Source: Eledone cirrhosa
Lineage: Eukaryota
Direction: 5' to 3'
Length of the DNA: 64,000 bases
Assembly (NCBI GenBank): GCA_964016885.1
Contig: OZ024740.1
Location: 150,660,001-150,724,000 of the forward strand
Numbering within the stretch: the first letter of the stretch is position 1; every line of letters begins with the position of its first letter. A program made the position numbers and the translations under genes. This document shows positions 13,405 through 26,409 of the stretch, piece by piece. A model generated the notes under the pieces. The model was not told the origin of the DNA. It searched no databases and saw only the letters and a program-made list of their open reading frames with translations.

Positions 13405-13590
13405 GGGCCGTTGATTGGCAGTATCGGTAGAGCGTCGGACGACATGCTTCGCTGTATAGAGTTATGCCACTTTAAATTCTGTGTTCAAATCCCGCCGAGG
13501 TTAGCTTTGCCATTCATCCTTTCATTACGGGGTCGATTTAATCGACTTTTCCCTCCCTCAAAATTGCTGGTCTTGTGCCAGTAGAAACCA
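13405..13590 (+). mobile_element. tRNA-derived SINE (family 1)
   Basis: Same consensus; head-to-head with the previous copy. Confidence 0.85.
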
Positions 13591-14053
13591 CTATTATAAA
13601 GATCAAGTTACTATCGTTTACTTAGAATATAACAAGTGTTTAAATAAATATGTAAGTAGAGTTTGTAAATTGTATCAATGTTGTACTAGTGAATGTAGAA
13701 AAAGAAATATATATATATAAAAAAAAAAATTACAAATTTCTATATATAGGAAGCTTTCTGTTCTGAATAACGGTAGAGGGAGTAAAACTCACTGATGATG
13801 GATTAATGATAGTTAAATACTATAGTATTTAACGTTTTCACACGGTAACTGATGAAGCCGTGATATGATCCCAGATTGAAATACTCCCAGCGAGATTTAT
13901 GTATGTTTGTTATACGTAAACACATTTTAGACATTGTATATATACTACAACATGTATGTACTTCTATTCTGAATCATGCTATGTTAGTGCTAATACTAAT
14001 ATACATATATATGTGTATATGTCTGTCTGTATGTACTCGTATATAAGTATATT

Positions 14054-14163
<110 letters not shown>

Positions 14164-14356
14164 CGTGTGTGTGTATGTGCGCGAGTGTGTGTGGATTTTT
14201 CCCTGAAAATGAAATCTATACACTGCTTTTATTAATTGAGTGCTCATCCATTTAATGTTTTTTTAATGCATGTATGTATATATATATCTGTATCGATGCA
14301 TGCGTATATGTATTTATGCATTTATGCATGTATATGTGCATGTATGTATATATATA

Positions 14357-14440
<84 letters not shown>

Positions 14441-15299
14441 TACTTGTATATATATGTAAATATTTATGTATTCATACATGAACATACGTATGTGCGTATG
14501 GATGTATGTGTGTTTGTATGTATATATGTATGTATATATGTATGCATATAGTAATGTATGTATGCATATATGTGTGTCTTATTTCGATATCCTTAAGGCG
14601 AGTGACGAATTTCGTTGGATATGTTCAAAGAGCTGGCACACAGACAGACTGACTGACGCTGATAACACAGACATACATGCCAACTGACAGGCAGACCATC
14701 ATACAGTCAGACAGACATGTAGACAAACTGACGGAGATGCAGACAGACAGGCAAACAGTCAATCTGCCTGCAATGAGTCATCTCATCAATTGTCTTGATA
14801 GAGAGTTGGTGGAGACAGAACGTAAAAGTGTACAAAAACACAATATAGACGAGGGGGGTATTATACAGCATTTGCACCCCACCCTCTACAAATTTCCCCT
14901 ACTCCAGTTGCATGCCCCCTCTTTGTATCTCCCACATCACACCCACCTGCCCTCTAAACTGAAAGTTTACATTCCCAATTACTTCTTTATCGGGTCTCCA
15001 CCACCACCACCATCACCCTCTCATCAGCTACCTACCCACCTTTTTATTTTTACCTCTTCAACATCTCTACCCCCACTCTTCACTAACTACAAGTCCGTGC
15101 CTTCCTCATGCCACTACCAACCTCCGTATCTACAAAACAACGCACACACACATGCCCACACACGCTCACACATGCACACACGAACATTTACACACACAAC
15201 CCTCCCCCCTCTCAAAGAACGAGGAGGTGGGTTCATCTATTGAAACGCTTGCTTATTTTCACACCCACTGCAAAAAACACTACATTCAGCAACAATTCT

Positions 15300-15780
15300 A
15301 CATCACCACCACCACCACCACCACCGCACCACCACCAATACCACCACCAGCACCACCACCACCACCACCAACAACAACAACAAAAACACAACCACCATCA
15401 CACCACCACCACAAACACCACCATCACAACCACCACCACAACCATCACAACCACCACCACCACTACCACCACCAACAACAACAAGAACAACAACACAACC
15501 ACCACCATCAACAACAACACAACCACCACCACCACAACCAACAACAACAACAACAAAACAACAGCAACACTACCACCACCACCACCACCACCACCACCAC
15601 CACCAACACCACTACCATTATCACCACCACCACCACCAACACCACCATAACCACCACCACCACAGCCACCACCACCACCAACACCACCACCAACAACACC
15701 AACACTACCACCAACACCACCACCACCATCACAACCACCACCACCACCACCACCACGACCACCACCAACACCACCAGCAT
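15300..15780. repeat. (CAC/CAA)n low-complexity tract
   Basis: Direct reading. Confidence 0.9.
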
Positions 15781-16109
15781 CACTATGTGTATCACTATCG
15801 ACACAAACAACTGCATTATAACCATCGCTTGTTTCTAAATTGGTGCACCGCACCCCACCCAGTATACTGTGCAGGGTCTAATCCCACCCCAGACACATAC
15901 ATATACACATACATAGGCATACAAACACACACATATGCACATCTATATATATATGTCTATGTACCCGTGCCTTTTAATTTTACCTACCGGTGGGACATAA
16001 CAATTCAGAAGATATATTTCCAGACTTGAAAGTACTGGAGTCAAGATAATCAGCTAAAAGCATTCAGTGCGTGGTCCTGCTTGGTTGTATTCGAATGAAT
16101 GAAATCAGT

Positions 16110-16294
16110 AATTGTTTCTACGTTAGGCACAAGGCCAGCAAATACCCAGTGCATTACTGGTACTTTATTTTATCGACCCCGTAAGGATGAAAGGCAAAGT
16201 TAACCTTGGCGGGATTTGAACTCAGAATGGCAAGGGCCGTAACTCTATACGTCAAAGCATGGCGTCCGACCTCTACCAATACTGCCAATCCACC
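16110..16294 (-). mobile_element. tRNA-derived SINE (family 1)
   Basis: Same consensus. Confidence 0.9.
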
Positions 16295-16336
16295 ATGAAA
16301 ATATGACACACTCACACACACACATACATACACACA

Positions 16337-16376
<40 letters not shown>

Positions 16377-16441
16377 AAGTCAGAGGAAACATACATATTT
16401 ATATATACGCACAGATACATATATGAGTGTAGTCGATGTTC

Positions 16442-16502
<61 letters not shown>

Positions 16503-16615
16503 CGAAGGAAATGTGGTAAGGAACCAGGTGGACCATAACGCACCAAAGTACTCAATACTTGGGGTAGTAGAGTGGGTAATAGGAACCAGTAAGACCTCGA
16601 GGGGTCTTACTGGTT

Positions 16616-16654
<39 letters not shown>

Positions 16655-16676
16655 TTATGTAATAAACAACATAAGA

Positions 16677-16739
16677 TTTCATTTACCAGTGGTTTCTTGA
16701 AGACATATATTTATGTCTGTCTTCATTCATCAGAAAAAT
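16677..16739 (-). ncRNA. Type-I hammerhead-like motif with eroded stem I
   Basis: CUGAUGA-AUGAAGACA...UGUCUUCAA-GAAA-CCACUGG-UA-AAUGAAA; related copy at 50832. Confidence 0.55.
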
Positions 16740-17115
16740 AATATATATATTATATATATATATATCAATATATATATATATGACATACTGATCACCATGT
16801 TTTACTTTACCATAGAAATTCTATTAATATGTATAAAACTAATAGGATGAATATTTACATTAAACTTATTACACCAAATTGAGTTCACTTACCGATCATT
16901 TAAATAAATGTCTACTTTAATTTCTAAGTTAAATGTGTTTGCTTTGACCTGCAAATTATATATCTAATCATTTTAAATTGCATATTTCTCTCCTTTTACT
17001 GAGAAATATATAATTTATTCTAGTTTTCTGGAATATTTTCTTAACTCGTATCTATCTATCTACCTTCTCTCTCCCTCTCTCCCTTTCTCTTTGTATATGT
17101 ATGTATGTATGTATG

Positions 17116-18452
17116 TTCTTCTGGTTTTATAATTTCACAAAGTTTTACCAATAGAGAGAGAGTCGGTTTCTAACATAGACACAAGACTCTCTCATTGGAA
17201 TTTGCACAACATCAACTAGGTAGATATGTATGTATGTCTGCATGCATGCATGTGTAGATATGGATGTTATTGTATGTGTGGATGTGTATGTTTTGAGTTG
17301 TATGTGTGCATATGTATATGCTTTGTATCTGTACATGTGTATATGCAGTTATTAGATGCAAAATCTTTGGAATGTTTTACATATTTTTACTGTTCCATTA
17401 ATGGATTGTACTTGTAATTTCCTAACTAGTTGTGTTCTTTCTGTTCCTGTGAAGCCTAGCTTCTCAAGATTTGTATTGAGGCAGTTGCTAATATATCCCA
17501 GTGCCCCAATAATCACAGGCATAAATCTGAAGGTGTAATCAGGGTGGAGTATCTGCAGATTTCTCATCAGTTCTGCATAAATATTCTCCTTTTCACTAAT
17601 CTTTGATATTATATTGGCATCTGCTGGGCAGCTAATTTCCATTACTGCGCATGTTTTCCTCTCCCTGTCCCATATCATAATATCTGGTCTGTTATGCCTG
17701 CATTTTATTGGGGTTTTTACTGGAACATTCCACCAGTACTCTTTCATATTATGTACATGGATGTCTTCCACATTGTTGTAGCTTTTAATGTGTTTATCAT
17801 CGGGGTTATCTTTTTTTCGAACTGCATTGTACAGTGTTTTGGCCACTACATTATGCCTCATAGGTAGATAGTACCGCGATGACATCTTTGGGCAGCTGCT
17901 GATGACATGGGTGATATCCTCGATGTTAGTTCTGCAGAGTCTGCACTTGTTATCACATCTAGGTGTTTTGCCTGCATCCCTATCTCTTTTGTGAATCAGG
18001 TATTTCGTGCTAATCTCCTGTTCTTGGATTGCAAAAGCGTATCCTTCAAAGTGGGAGCCAATATAGCGGTTGTTGGTCCAAGATAGACTACTTTCCTTAT
18101 CTATATTACTCTCACTCTGGAGCTTCCTGGCAATATATCCATGCATGATTTTTTGCTGATAGGCATGCAGTTTTTCATCCATGGATTCACTGCGATACTG
18201 CTGAGCGACATCCCTGGGTGTGAGTTTTTGATTATCACGCAGGGAATATCTCTCAAGGAGTTCCTTCCCAACTCTCATAATCTTATCTGTTTCATGCAAA
18301 TAGACTTGCTCGAGAAGCGGGCTCCTACACTTCGAGGTTCGTAGATGTTGTTGGAGAGATATGATGCGACATTCAAATGTTGTCTGGACTGATATTATGC
18401 CTCTGTCTCCCTGCCTACGTTTCAAGTAAAGGCGGTCTATGTCACTGTTGAT
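17116..18452 (-). mobile_element. R4/Dong family B 3' part: CCHC knuckle, PD-(D/E)xK restriction-like endonuclease and 3' UTR
   Basis: ORF 17352-18425: CRLCRTNIEDITHVISSC, RHN, RPDIMIWD...EIS; 3' UTR runs into (CATA)n. Confidence 0.92.
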
Positions 18453-21400
18453 GTGGGTGATATCCTCGATCTTTTTTTACATAGCCTACATTTATTGTCA
18501 GCTGCTGGCCCTCCTCTTTTGTGCAGCAGATATTTGGTAGGGAGTTCTTGTTCCTGTATTGCATAGAGATATCCCTCAAGGTGTGATGTCATAAACTTGT
18601 CGGAACTCCATGCCAGGCTTTTTGAGTGGTTTATCCCCTCTATGGTCTGTGTTTTACGTCTCAAGTATCCATGCACAACCCTTTCTGTAAATTGGTCAAT
18701 TTTTTTTATCTTGTTTGAACATAAATAGGATCTTCCGATTTCTCTGGGTGAGAGATTTATATCAGGCTTTGTTCCATATCTCTCCTCCAGATCAGTCGCT
18801 ATTCTAATTTTTTTTTTTTTCATGCTCATAAACCTGGGCAAGATGGTTGCCAACCTTTTTCCTCTGTTGAAGGTGTTGCTTCAGTGTCTCATATGTTGTT
18901 AATATTGATTTTAGACCCCGGCCACCTTCCTTGCGTGAGAAGTATAGCCTATCCACATCACCATTGATGTTAAAGTTGCCAGTAACACTGAGAAGTTTTC
19001 GAGTTCTAACATCCATCTCACTTAGTTCTTGCAATGACCAGTTCAGTAGGCCAAATGTTGGCGTTAGAATTGGCACAGCATAAGTATTGTGGGCAATGTA
19101 TTTGTTGTATGCTGACAGTTCTGATGACCATATTTTCTTTACTCTTCTGAGGTATTCAGTTCTGGTTCTCTCCTTATTTATGGGTTCATCATATCTGACA
19201 TTCTCATCCTGTCCAAGATATCTGTAGTTGTCACCTGACTGCAGAGGTTGTATTGTCAAGCCGTTCATCTCTAGATTTCTAGAGGAAGGCACAGCTCTTC
19301 CACGTTTTACTGCCAAATATGCACACTTGGAATCACCAAATTTCATTTTGATGTCGGTTGAAAATTGTGTAATGAGGTCCAATTGTTTCTTGATGTCATT
19401 GATATTTGGCCCATACAACTTCAGGTCATCAACAAAGAAAAGATGGGAGATACTTCTGGGCCCACTCCTTTGTCCACCTTGTTTCCTGAGTAGGTAAGAT
19501 AGTGGATTCAGTGAGAGAACGAAGTGTAGCACTGACAAGCTATCACCCTGAAAGATGCCCTTCTAGTAATGTATCTTATCAGTCTTAACCTGCTCCTTCT
19601 CACCTCTAAGGATCAAATTGGTGTACCAGTTCTTGGTCAGGCATTCAACAGCAGCTACCAATGGTTGTGGGACTTTAGCTAACTGTAAAGCCTTAATAAT
19701 CCACCCATGAGGTACACTATCAAATGCTTTTTGATAGTCCAGCCACACGACAGTCATGTTTCTGCGATTCTTTGTTGTTTTTTCCTGAATCATTTTGTTA
19801 GTTAGTAGGTGATCTATGCAACCCCACACCTCCCTCTTTCCACCAGCTTGCTCAGGTGTTATGATGTTGTTGGTAGCACAGTGATCCTGTAAGAACAGGT
19901 TAAGGCACCCAGTATATAATTTATACATGATGTTTTGGCAGGCAATTGGGCGGTAATTTTTAGCAAGGGTGGTTTGGCTATTTTTGGGAATGAGGAGAGT
20001 AGTGGCAATTGATAACCATCTGGGCAGTTCTTGTGTGCCCTTAATGGTTTCTGTAAACAGCCGTATGAGATTTTGCCGATAGAAAGTGAAATTCTTCAAC
20101 CAGTATCCTGTAATGAGGTCTGGGCCTGGTGATTTCCTATTCGACATTTTTTGTAGAGCTGTTTCCAGTATTGACCCATCTATGTCATATTGTTTTGTCT
20201 GGACATGTTGGCAGTAGTCCTGTTCCAGTTCTTTTAGCCAATTAGCTTGTCTGTTGAATCCGTCATCCGTTTCCCATACAGATCTCCAGTAGCTCTCAAC
20301 CTGTTCTTTTGAAGGGGTGTCGTTTACAGGGATTGAGCTTTTGCCACCGAAGCTGCGATAAACTGATTTAGGATCTCTGGCAAACAATCTATTTAGCACT
20401 TGTCGTTTATGTGCTGTTGACTTATATTTTAGTCTTTCTGTTGTAGCTGTGAGTTGTTTCAACTGGTGTAATTTGGAGTTCAAAGTTTTAAATTTTGTAT
20501 CTCCAAATCGTCTCTCTAACTTTATCTTTAGGTCTTCCTGGTCTCGTGTGAAGTTGCTCTCTATGTTGCATTTCATAACGACCTCGATGTGTGAGATACT
20601 TCGTCTCTGGGACAAAATTTTGGTTTTTAAATTTCGCATCCACGCTGGTTCAGGCTTTCTGTTTGTATCTTGATTGCGTGGTTTTAGATGTGTGTTATAT
20701 GATAGCAATGTGACAGCTGAAACATATAACAAAACATTAAGCGTTTCAAATGTCGTTTCTACACCTTTAGATCGTATAGCCTTCAGATAATTGCCAGCTA
20801 TTTCGTTCACCGCTTCCAATTCCAATTTAGTGGGTTCTTTACTGACTCTAGTGTTGTATGGTCTGTCACTCACATTAGGCTGTGTATCTCTTGAAACATA
20901 TCGTTCCATATCACTTGTAGGGTGCCCACAAGTTTTTGGTGCTCTGTTTGTTCAGTAGAGTCATGAATTTCAGCCTCGTTGTTGATGTAGTGACAATTAC
21001 TACTAGAGTCAGCTGACCTTTCTCGCTGTTCTTCGGTGGAAGTGGGATGGATTTCAGCAAAATTGTTGGTGAGCTGTTCACTGTTAGATTTAGCTGGCCA
21101 TTCTCTTTGTCTGTCAGTGGAGTTGGGGTGGTTGTCTACAAGGGCTGTATTTCTAGTATCACTCAATTCCGTTAGATGTATCAATTTACATCTAATGATA
21201 CGTTTTGCCTGTTCATTTAAATGCTTTGGAGAAAAGTCTAATTCTGGGTGTTTGGAGTTCCATAAAGTTTTTAGCCTTTGCATAAAACCGAACTTTTGGG
21301 GTTTAGATTGTTTGTATGCTTCATATAATACTTTGTTAAGCTCGTAGCTCCACTGTGTACAACGGTTGTAGTTGCGATTTGGTCGAAGGAGACTTGTACT

Positions 21401-21551
21401 TTTTGCCATGATGAGTTCGTCTATTCACTAATATTTCGTATTTATTTTTCAAAATAGTCGATGATCTTCTTTAAAAGTTACGACAAAGTTCTGTCAGAAT
21501 CAAATTTAAAGTTATTCACAGCTTGGGTAATATTTCTTTTCAGTTAGTTTT
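18450..21551 (-). mobile_element. R4/Dong family A, 5' end through RT to the CCHC knuckle; single ORF broken by frameshifts
   Basis: ATG at 21409; RT motifs WLDYQKAFDSVPH, GIFQGDSLS, HLFFVDDLKLY; ends at KCRLCKKKIEDITHI. Confidence 0.92.
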
Positions 21552-21567
21552 TATGTATGTATGTATG

Positions 21568-22175
21568 TTTTCTCTTTCTCTTAATTTCGAGTATATTTTT
21601 TTTTGACCGGCCACCTTCCTGGTGGCAAGGTTGTAAAAGAAAAGAAATTGTCATCCCTTGAATCGCAAGAATGTTTTGCATATTTTGAAGGTGCCAGCTA
21701 TCGCAGCCATTTGTAGACTATGAATTAGGGAGCTGCGCTTTTTGTCCGCAAATCCAAGTTCGGTCATACTTTGGTCCAAGCGGGTTGGTATATAGCCCGT
21801 AGCACCAATAATGATGGGTATGAAGCTAAAGGTGTATCTTGGATACTGGATTTGTAAGCTCCTTATCAATGGTCCGTAGATGTCCTCCTTCTCCTGTATT
21901 TTTCTGACAACGTTTACATCAAGTGGGCAGCTGATCTCCACAACAGAACACGTTTTCAATGTGTGGTCCCAAACTACAATATCAGGCCGGTTGTGCTTTA
22001 ATTTCGTGGCAGTTTTTATTTTCAGGTTCCACCACTATTCCTTAGTGCCATCTGTCTCAATATATTCTTCCTCGTTTGTTGTTAATTTTGTTTTCCGAAG
22101 TGCGTTCCAGATAGTTCTAGCTATCCCATCGTGTCTCATGGGGAGGTAGTAGCGAGATGACATTCTTTCGCAGCT
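21568..22175 (-). mobile_element. R4/Dong 3' part (RLE domain and 3' UTR), probably family A
   Basis: SCERMSSRYYLPMRHD...RPDIVVWD...EISCP...KTFLRFKG*; (TATG)n on both sides. Confidence 0.88.
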
Positions 22176-22260
22176 GTATGTATGTATGTATGTATGTATG
22201 TATGTATGTATGTATGTATGTATGTATGTATGTATGTATGTATGTATGTATGTATGTATG
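22176..22260. repeat. (TATG)n microsatellite
   Basis: Direct reading. Confidence 0.95.
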
Positions 22261-23539
22261 ATTGACAGTGCTTCCCAGGTAGACAAACTGATCAACCACT
22301 CCAAGTCGTTTACCATACACATAGATATTTGGTTCACTGTACTGCTTACCAGGGGCAGGTTTGTACATGACGACGGTTTTCTTGAGACTGACAGTCAATC
22401 CTAGGGCAGTGCAAGTGTCAGAAAATACATTCAAAATGTGCTGCATATCACTCTGTATGCGCTACAAGATCGCAATCATCTGCATACAAGAGGTCTCTTA
22501 TGATTGATGTAAATACTTTTGTCTTTGCAGCAAAGCGCCTGATGTTAAATATGCTGCCTGAAGTTCGATATCGGATGTAAACACCATGCTCGCAATTCCT
22601 GAATGCAATACAGAAAACCATTGCAAAGTATATGGCAAACAGGGTCGGTGCTGGAATATGCCCCTGTTTCACTCCATTTTTTACTGAGATAGGCTCCGAC
22701 ATGTTAGCTCCGACATTAACCCAAGCCTTCATGTCGTCATGGAAAGACCTAACTAAAGCAAGGAACTTATCAGGGCAACCAAGTTGCCGGAGAACATTCC
22801 ATAATGCATTTCTGTTAACAGTATCGAAAGCTTTTGTCAGATCGACAAAAACCTGATACAGATCCAAACCTTGTTCCTTGCACTTCTCCTGGAGCTATCT
22901 AGCTGAGAAGATCATATCAGTAGTGCCGCGTCCAGCACGAAAACCAGATTGACTTTCAGGAAGAACACAATCTGCAATGTGTGTCAGCAGACGGTTCAGA
23001 AGCACCCTACATAAAACTTTCCCTACGACAGAAAGCAATGATATACCGCTGTAGTTCCCACAATCATTCCTTGTACGATTTCCCTGGTACAAGACCACCA
23101 TTACTGCATCTCTCCAGTCCTCAGGTACGGATTCATTAGCCCATATCCTGCCAAACAAAGAGTGAAGATGTTGCAGGAGTCTCTCACCACCATATTGTAG
23201 GAGCTCAGCATGTATGCCATCCATACCTGGAGACCTTCCACTGTTCAACTTCGAGATAGCCACTGCAACCTCCACAAGCGTCGGAGGTTCTGCGAGAGCT
23301 ATTTCACGGGACTTTCTGGAATGAGATTGAGGAAATCTTCATTGACGACAGACGGCTGATTCAAAAGATCATCAAAGTGCTCTCGCCACCTTCGTAGAAT
23401 TCCTTGTGAGTCACGAAGAAGTTCTTTGCCATCCTTGCTGCGAAGCAGTGTCACCAGAGAAGAAGACGGTTCATAAACATCACGCAAGAGACTGTACAAC
23501 AGCTTTGTGTTATTGGAATCTGACGCAGTTTGTATCTCA
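22261..23539 (-). mobile_element. RTE (BovB-like) reverse transcriptase region, inverted segment
   Basis: GRSPGMDGI, QSGFRAGRGTTDMIF, FVDLTKAFDTV, GVKQG, LLYADD, FVYLGS. Confidence 0.92.
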
Positions 23540-24545
23540 CCAGCATTTGAAAGACGCTAACATCTCTGCTGATACATGGGAAAATATTGCTGCTGATCGT
23601 AATAAATGGAGAAAGACTGTATATGAGGGAAAAGTTGCCTTTGAGGCATCTCGAATCGCATACAGGAAAGTAAAGCGGGATGTGAGGAAGGGCATTGCTG
23701 TTGCACTTCCAGACGGAGAGGGTCCTCCTATGGTGTTAACATGCAGCGTCTGTGCGAGACTGCCTAAGCAAAGCTGGACTCGAAAGTCATCTTCGCAGTC
23801 ATAAAGTAAGACCAATGGTTGACTATCAGGCTGCTGTTTGAGATGCTACTCATCATGCTTGCCAAGCATGTGGTAGAGAATGTAAATCAGCAGGAGGGCT
23901 AAAACGACATGCAAAAGTACATGAACTCCAACCGCAGCCGGCTATTCCCAGTGAATGTTTTGGTTGCCGACTCTGTGCAAGACATTTTAGATCATTGGCT
24001 GGGCTAAAAAGCGACATTCGATCGCAGCGCTGTTAGTTGCTATCGTGTGTGTGTATAGATATGTTTATGTGTGTGCGTGTGTGTGTGTATATATATATAT
24101 ATATATTATTATTGTTGTTGTTGTTATTATTATTGTTATTATTATTATTATTATTGTTATTATGAGGCGGTGGATTGGCAGTGTCGGTAGAGGGTATAGA
24201 TTTAATAATGTATAGTAATAATGTTGAGATAGAGCGCCCGTGATGTTTGCTCTAATCAGATTAGAGCAAACATCACGGACGCTCTATCTCAAAATTATTT
24301 TTGAAAAGCATTAGAAATGCGCAACCGGTAAAACTTAAAATCAAAACTGAATACTAACCAATATTATTACTAATTTTTACTTATTCCTAATTTAACTATT
24401 TTTCACTGGGAACAATTTTCAGCATTTTCTTTTCCTTTTAGCAATATATCATAACTCGTGTGTTACACCTCTATTCTTTTAAATATATATATATATATTC
24501 CTCGTGCAATGGCCATACTCGATAACGAGGGGGCAGCCATCATGT
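23540..24545 (+). mobile_element. RTE C-terminus with three C2H2 zinc fingers, interrupted 3' UTR and terminal stem-loop
   Basis: TWENIAADRNKWR, then three CxxC...H fingers ending at TAG 24036. Terminus GGCCATACTCGATAACGAGGGGGCAGCCATC plus (TATG)n at 24511-24556. Confidence 0.8.
24224..24292. repeat. ~69 bp near-perfect palindrome (Penelope-like fold-back) inside the RTE 3' UTR
   Basis: TTGAGATAGAGCG...CGCTCTATCTCAA. Confidence 0.85.
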
Positions 24546-24554
24546 ATGTATGTA

Positions 24555-24664
<110 letters not shown>

Positions 24665-24826
24665 TGTGTGCGTGCGCGCATATATATGGGCGTGTGTCTG
24701 TGTTTATGCTCTGTAACATAGCCATTTGACAAAAAGAGGTCGATGGATTAGGTTCCTCACTTGAAAACAGATACTGATGACAATATGAGCAGCTAAATCC
24801 TGTTATATCCTTTATAATTAAGAAAC

Positions 24827-24853
<27 letters not shown>

Positions 24854-24857
<4 letters not shown>

Positions 24858-25592
24858 AAGAAAAAGCGAAGTAGTTTCAGATGTTAAAGTCCTTTAATGA
24901 TAATGCTGTGATACATATTTCAATGACGATAGTGGCCACACGGTTCGGTGCGCCCAGTGCCGTGACATCATCAGGCAGCTTCTTACATAATAAGGTTATG
25001 TTTCCGAGGCAATCCAAATTGAATCGACATATTTTTTTACTTACTTCAAAATTTTAACTTGTAATTTTTTTAATTTTTGATTTTTAATTTTTAGTTTTAA
25101 TTTCTAATTCTCAATCATAATTCCCACTGTGAAACAATTTAGGGGTAGTATTGAGACCTATTGAAACTCATACTTTCCCACCCCACTAGCTTTCGGCCAA
25201 CTGCCACTGGCAGGGTGGCTAGCAGTAAACAATAACCGTTTCATATTACAGATCTGGATGGGGTGATTGTTTGGTTGAGAGGGGGACGTGCCTAGGCGAG
25301 TTTCGTAGAACTTTGGGGTAGTTGATGGTCAACTTCCTTCGGACTTGCGCCTGCGCAGACCGGTGGGGGTGAATTGGGACTCACAAGGGAACGGGCGAAG
25401 AATTCAAGAGCACACGCTTTGTCCGTTCCCATGTCGATTCAATTTAGATTGCCTCGGAAACATAACCTTATTATGTAAGAAGCTGTTTGATGATGTCACG
25501 GCACTGAGCGCACCGAACCGTGCGGCCACTGTCGTCATTGAAATATCATTAAAGGACTTTAACATCTGAAACTACTTCGCTTTTTCTTATTC
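24854..25592. mobile_element. Penelope-like fragment with inverted ~170 bp pLTRs containing a hammerhead-like motif
   Basis: 24854-25030 is inverted at 25430-25592. Minus 24905-24979 reads GCUGC-CUGAUGA-...-GAAA-UAUGUA-UC-ACAGC. Confidence 0.7.
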
Positions 25593-25668
25593 GATATATA
25601 CTCTGTCACTCCTATGTGGAAAAAGTACGTTGAGTGCTTGAATTGAATTGCATCAATATTTACCTTAA

Positions 25669-25708
<40 letters not shown>

Positions 25709-26409
25709 GTATATGTATATGTGTATATGTATATATATATATATATATATGCATGTGTGTGTGTTTGTTCGTGTGTAGGACATTCTTAGGGATAAAATTT
25801 AGTAAACAGACAAATATTCAATTAATTCAAATTGAACTTCAATTTGAAGACAGGAACTCTTTTTGGTGTTGTTCAGAGTCTAAAAATGCAGATCAATCAA
25901 ACAGAATCAAATTAACCGAGGATTTAGCCACCAAGGACCAAGGACCAAGTTATAAAGGATGTAGGTTCCACTTCTACACCTTGGAATCTACGCTTCAACA
26001 ACTTCACAAATCCAGAGTAATAAAATACCTTAACCGCACTCCGTATCTGGTTAACTCTGGTTACACACATTCCACCAAAACCCTTTCGTAACTACCGCAG
26101 CCACACTCATACGTTTAGAAAAAATCAGATATAAAAAATGAAATATCACTCTTGAAATGTATTTGAAAGATAAATGGAAGTATACTAATTACACTACTGA
26201 ATACAACAAAGCAAGTTGATTGTACATGTTGTGTATATATCGCGCAATGACATTAGTCAGTATGGTTTCTGTACAGAATAGACCATTGCCATATCCCACC
26301 CCACTCGTAATGCAGAACCATAAAATGCCGTAACCGGATCCCTTCTGAAGGCCTGTCATATCATTTTGGGCCAATGAACTGCGAACACCCATGCGTCTAT
26401 ACTTAGTAA

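Noticed and set aside
13790-13900. Two CTGATGA words as a hammerhead
   Set aside because: No consistent stems I and II with a properly placed GAAA and NUH.
14677-15853. Pro/His/Thr-rich protein gene
   Set aside because: Low-complexity CAC/CAA tract open in several frames on both strands.
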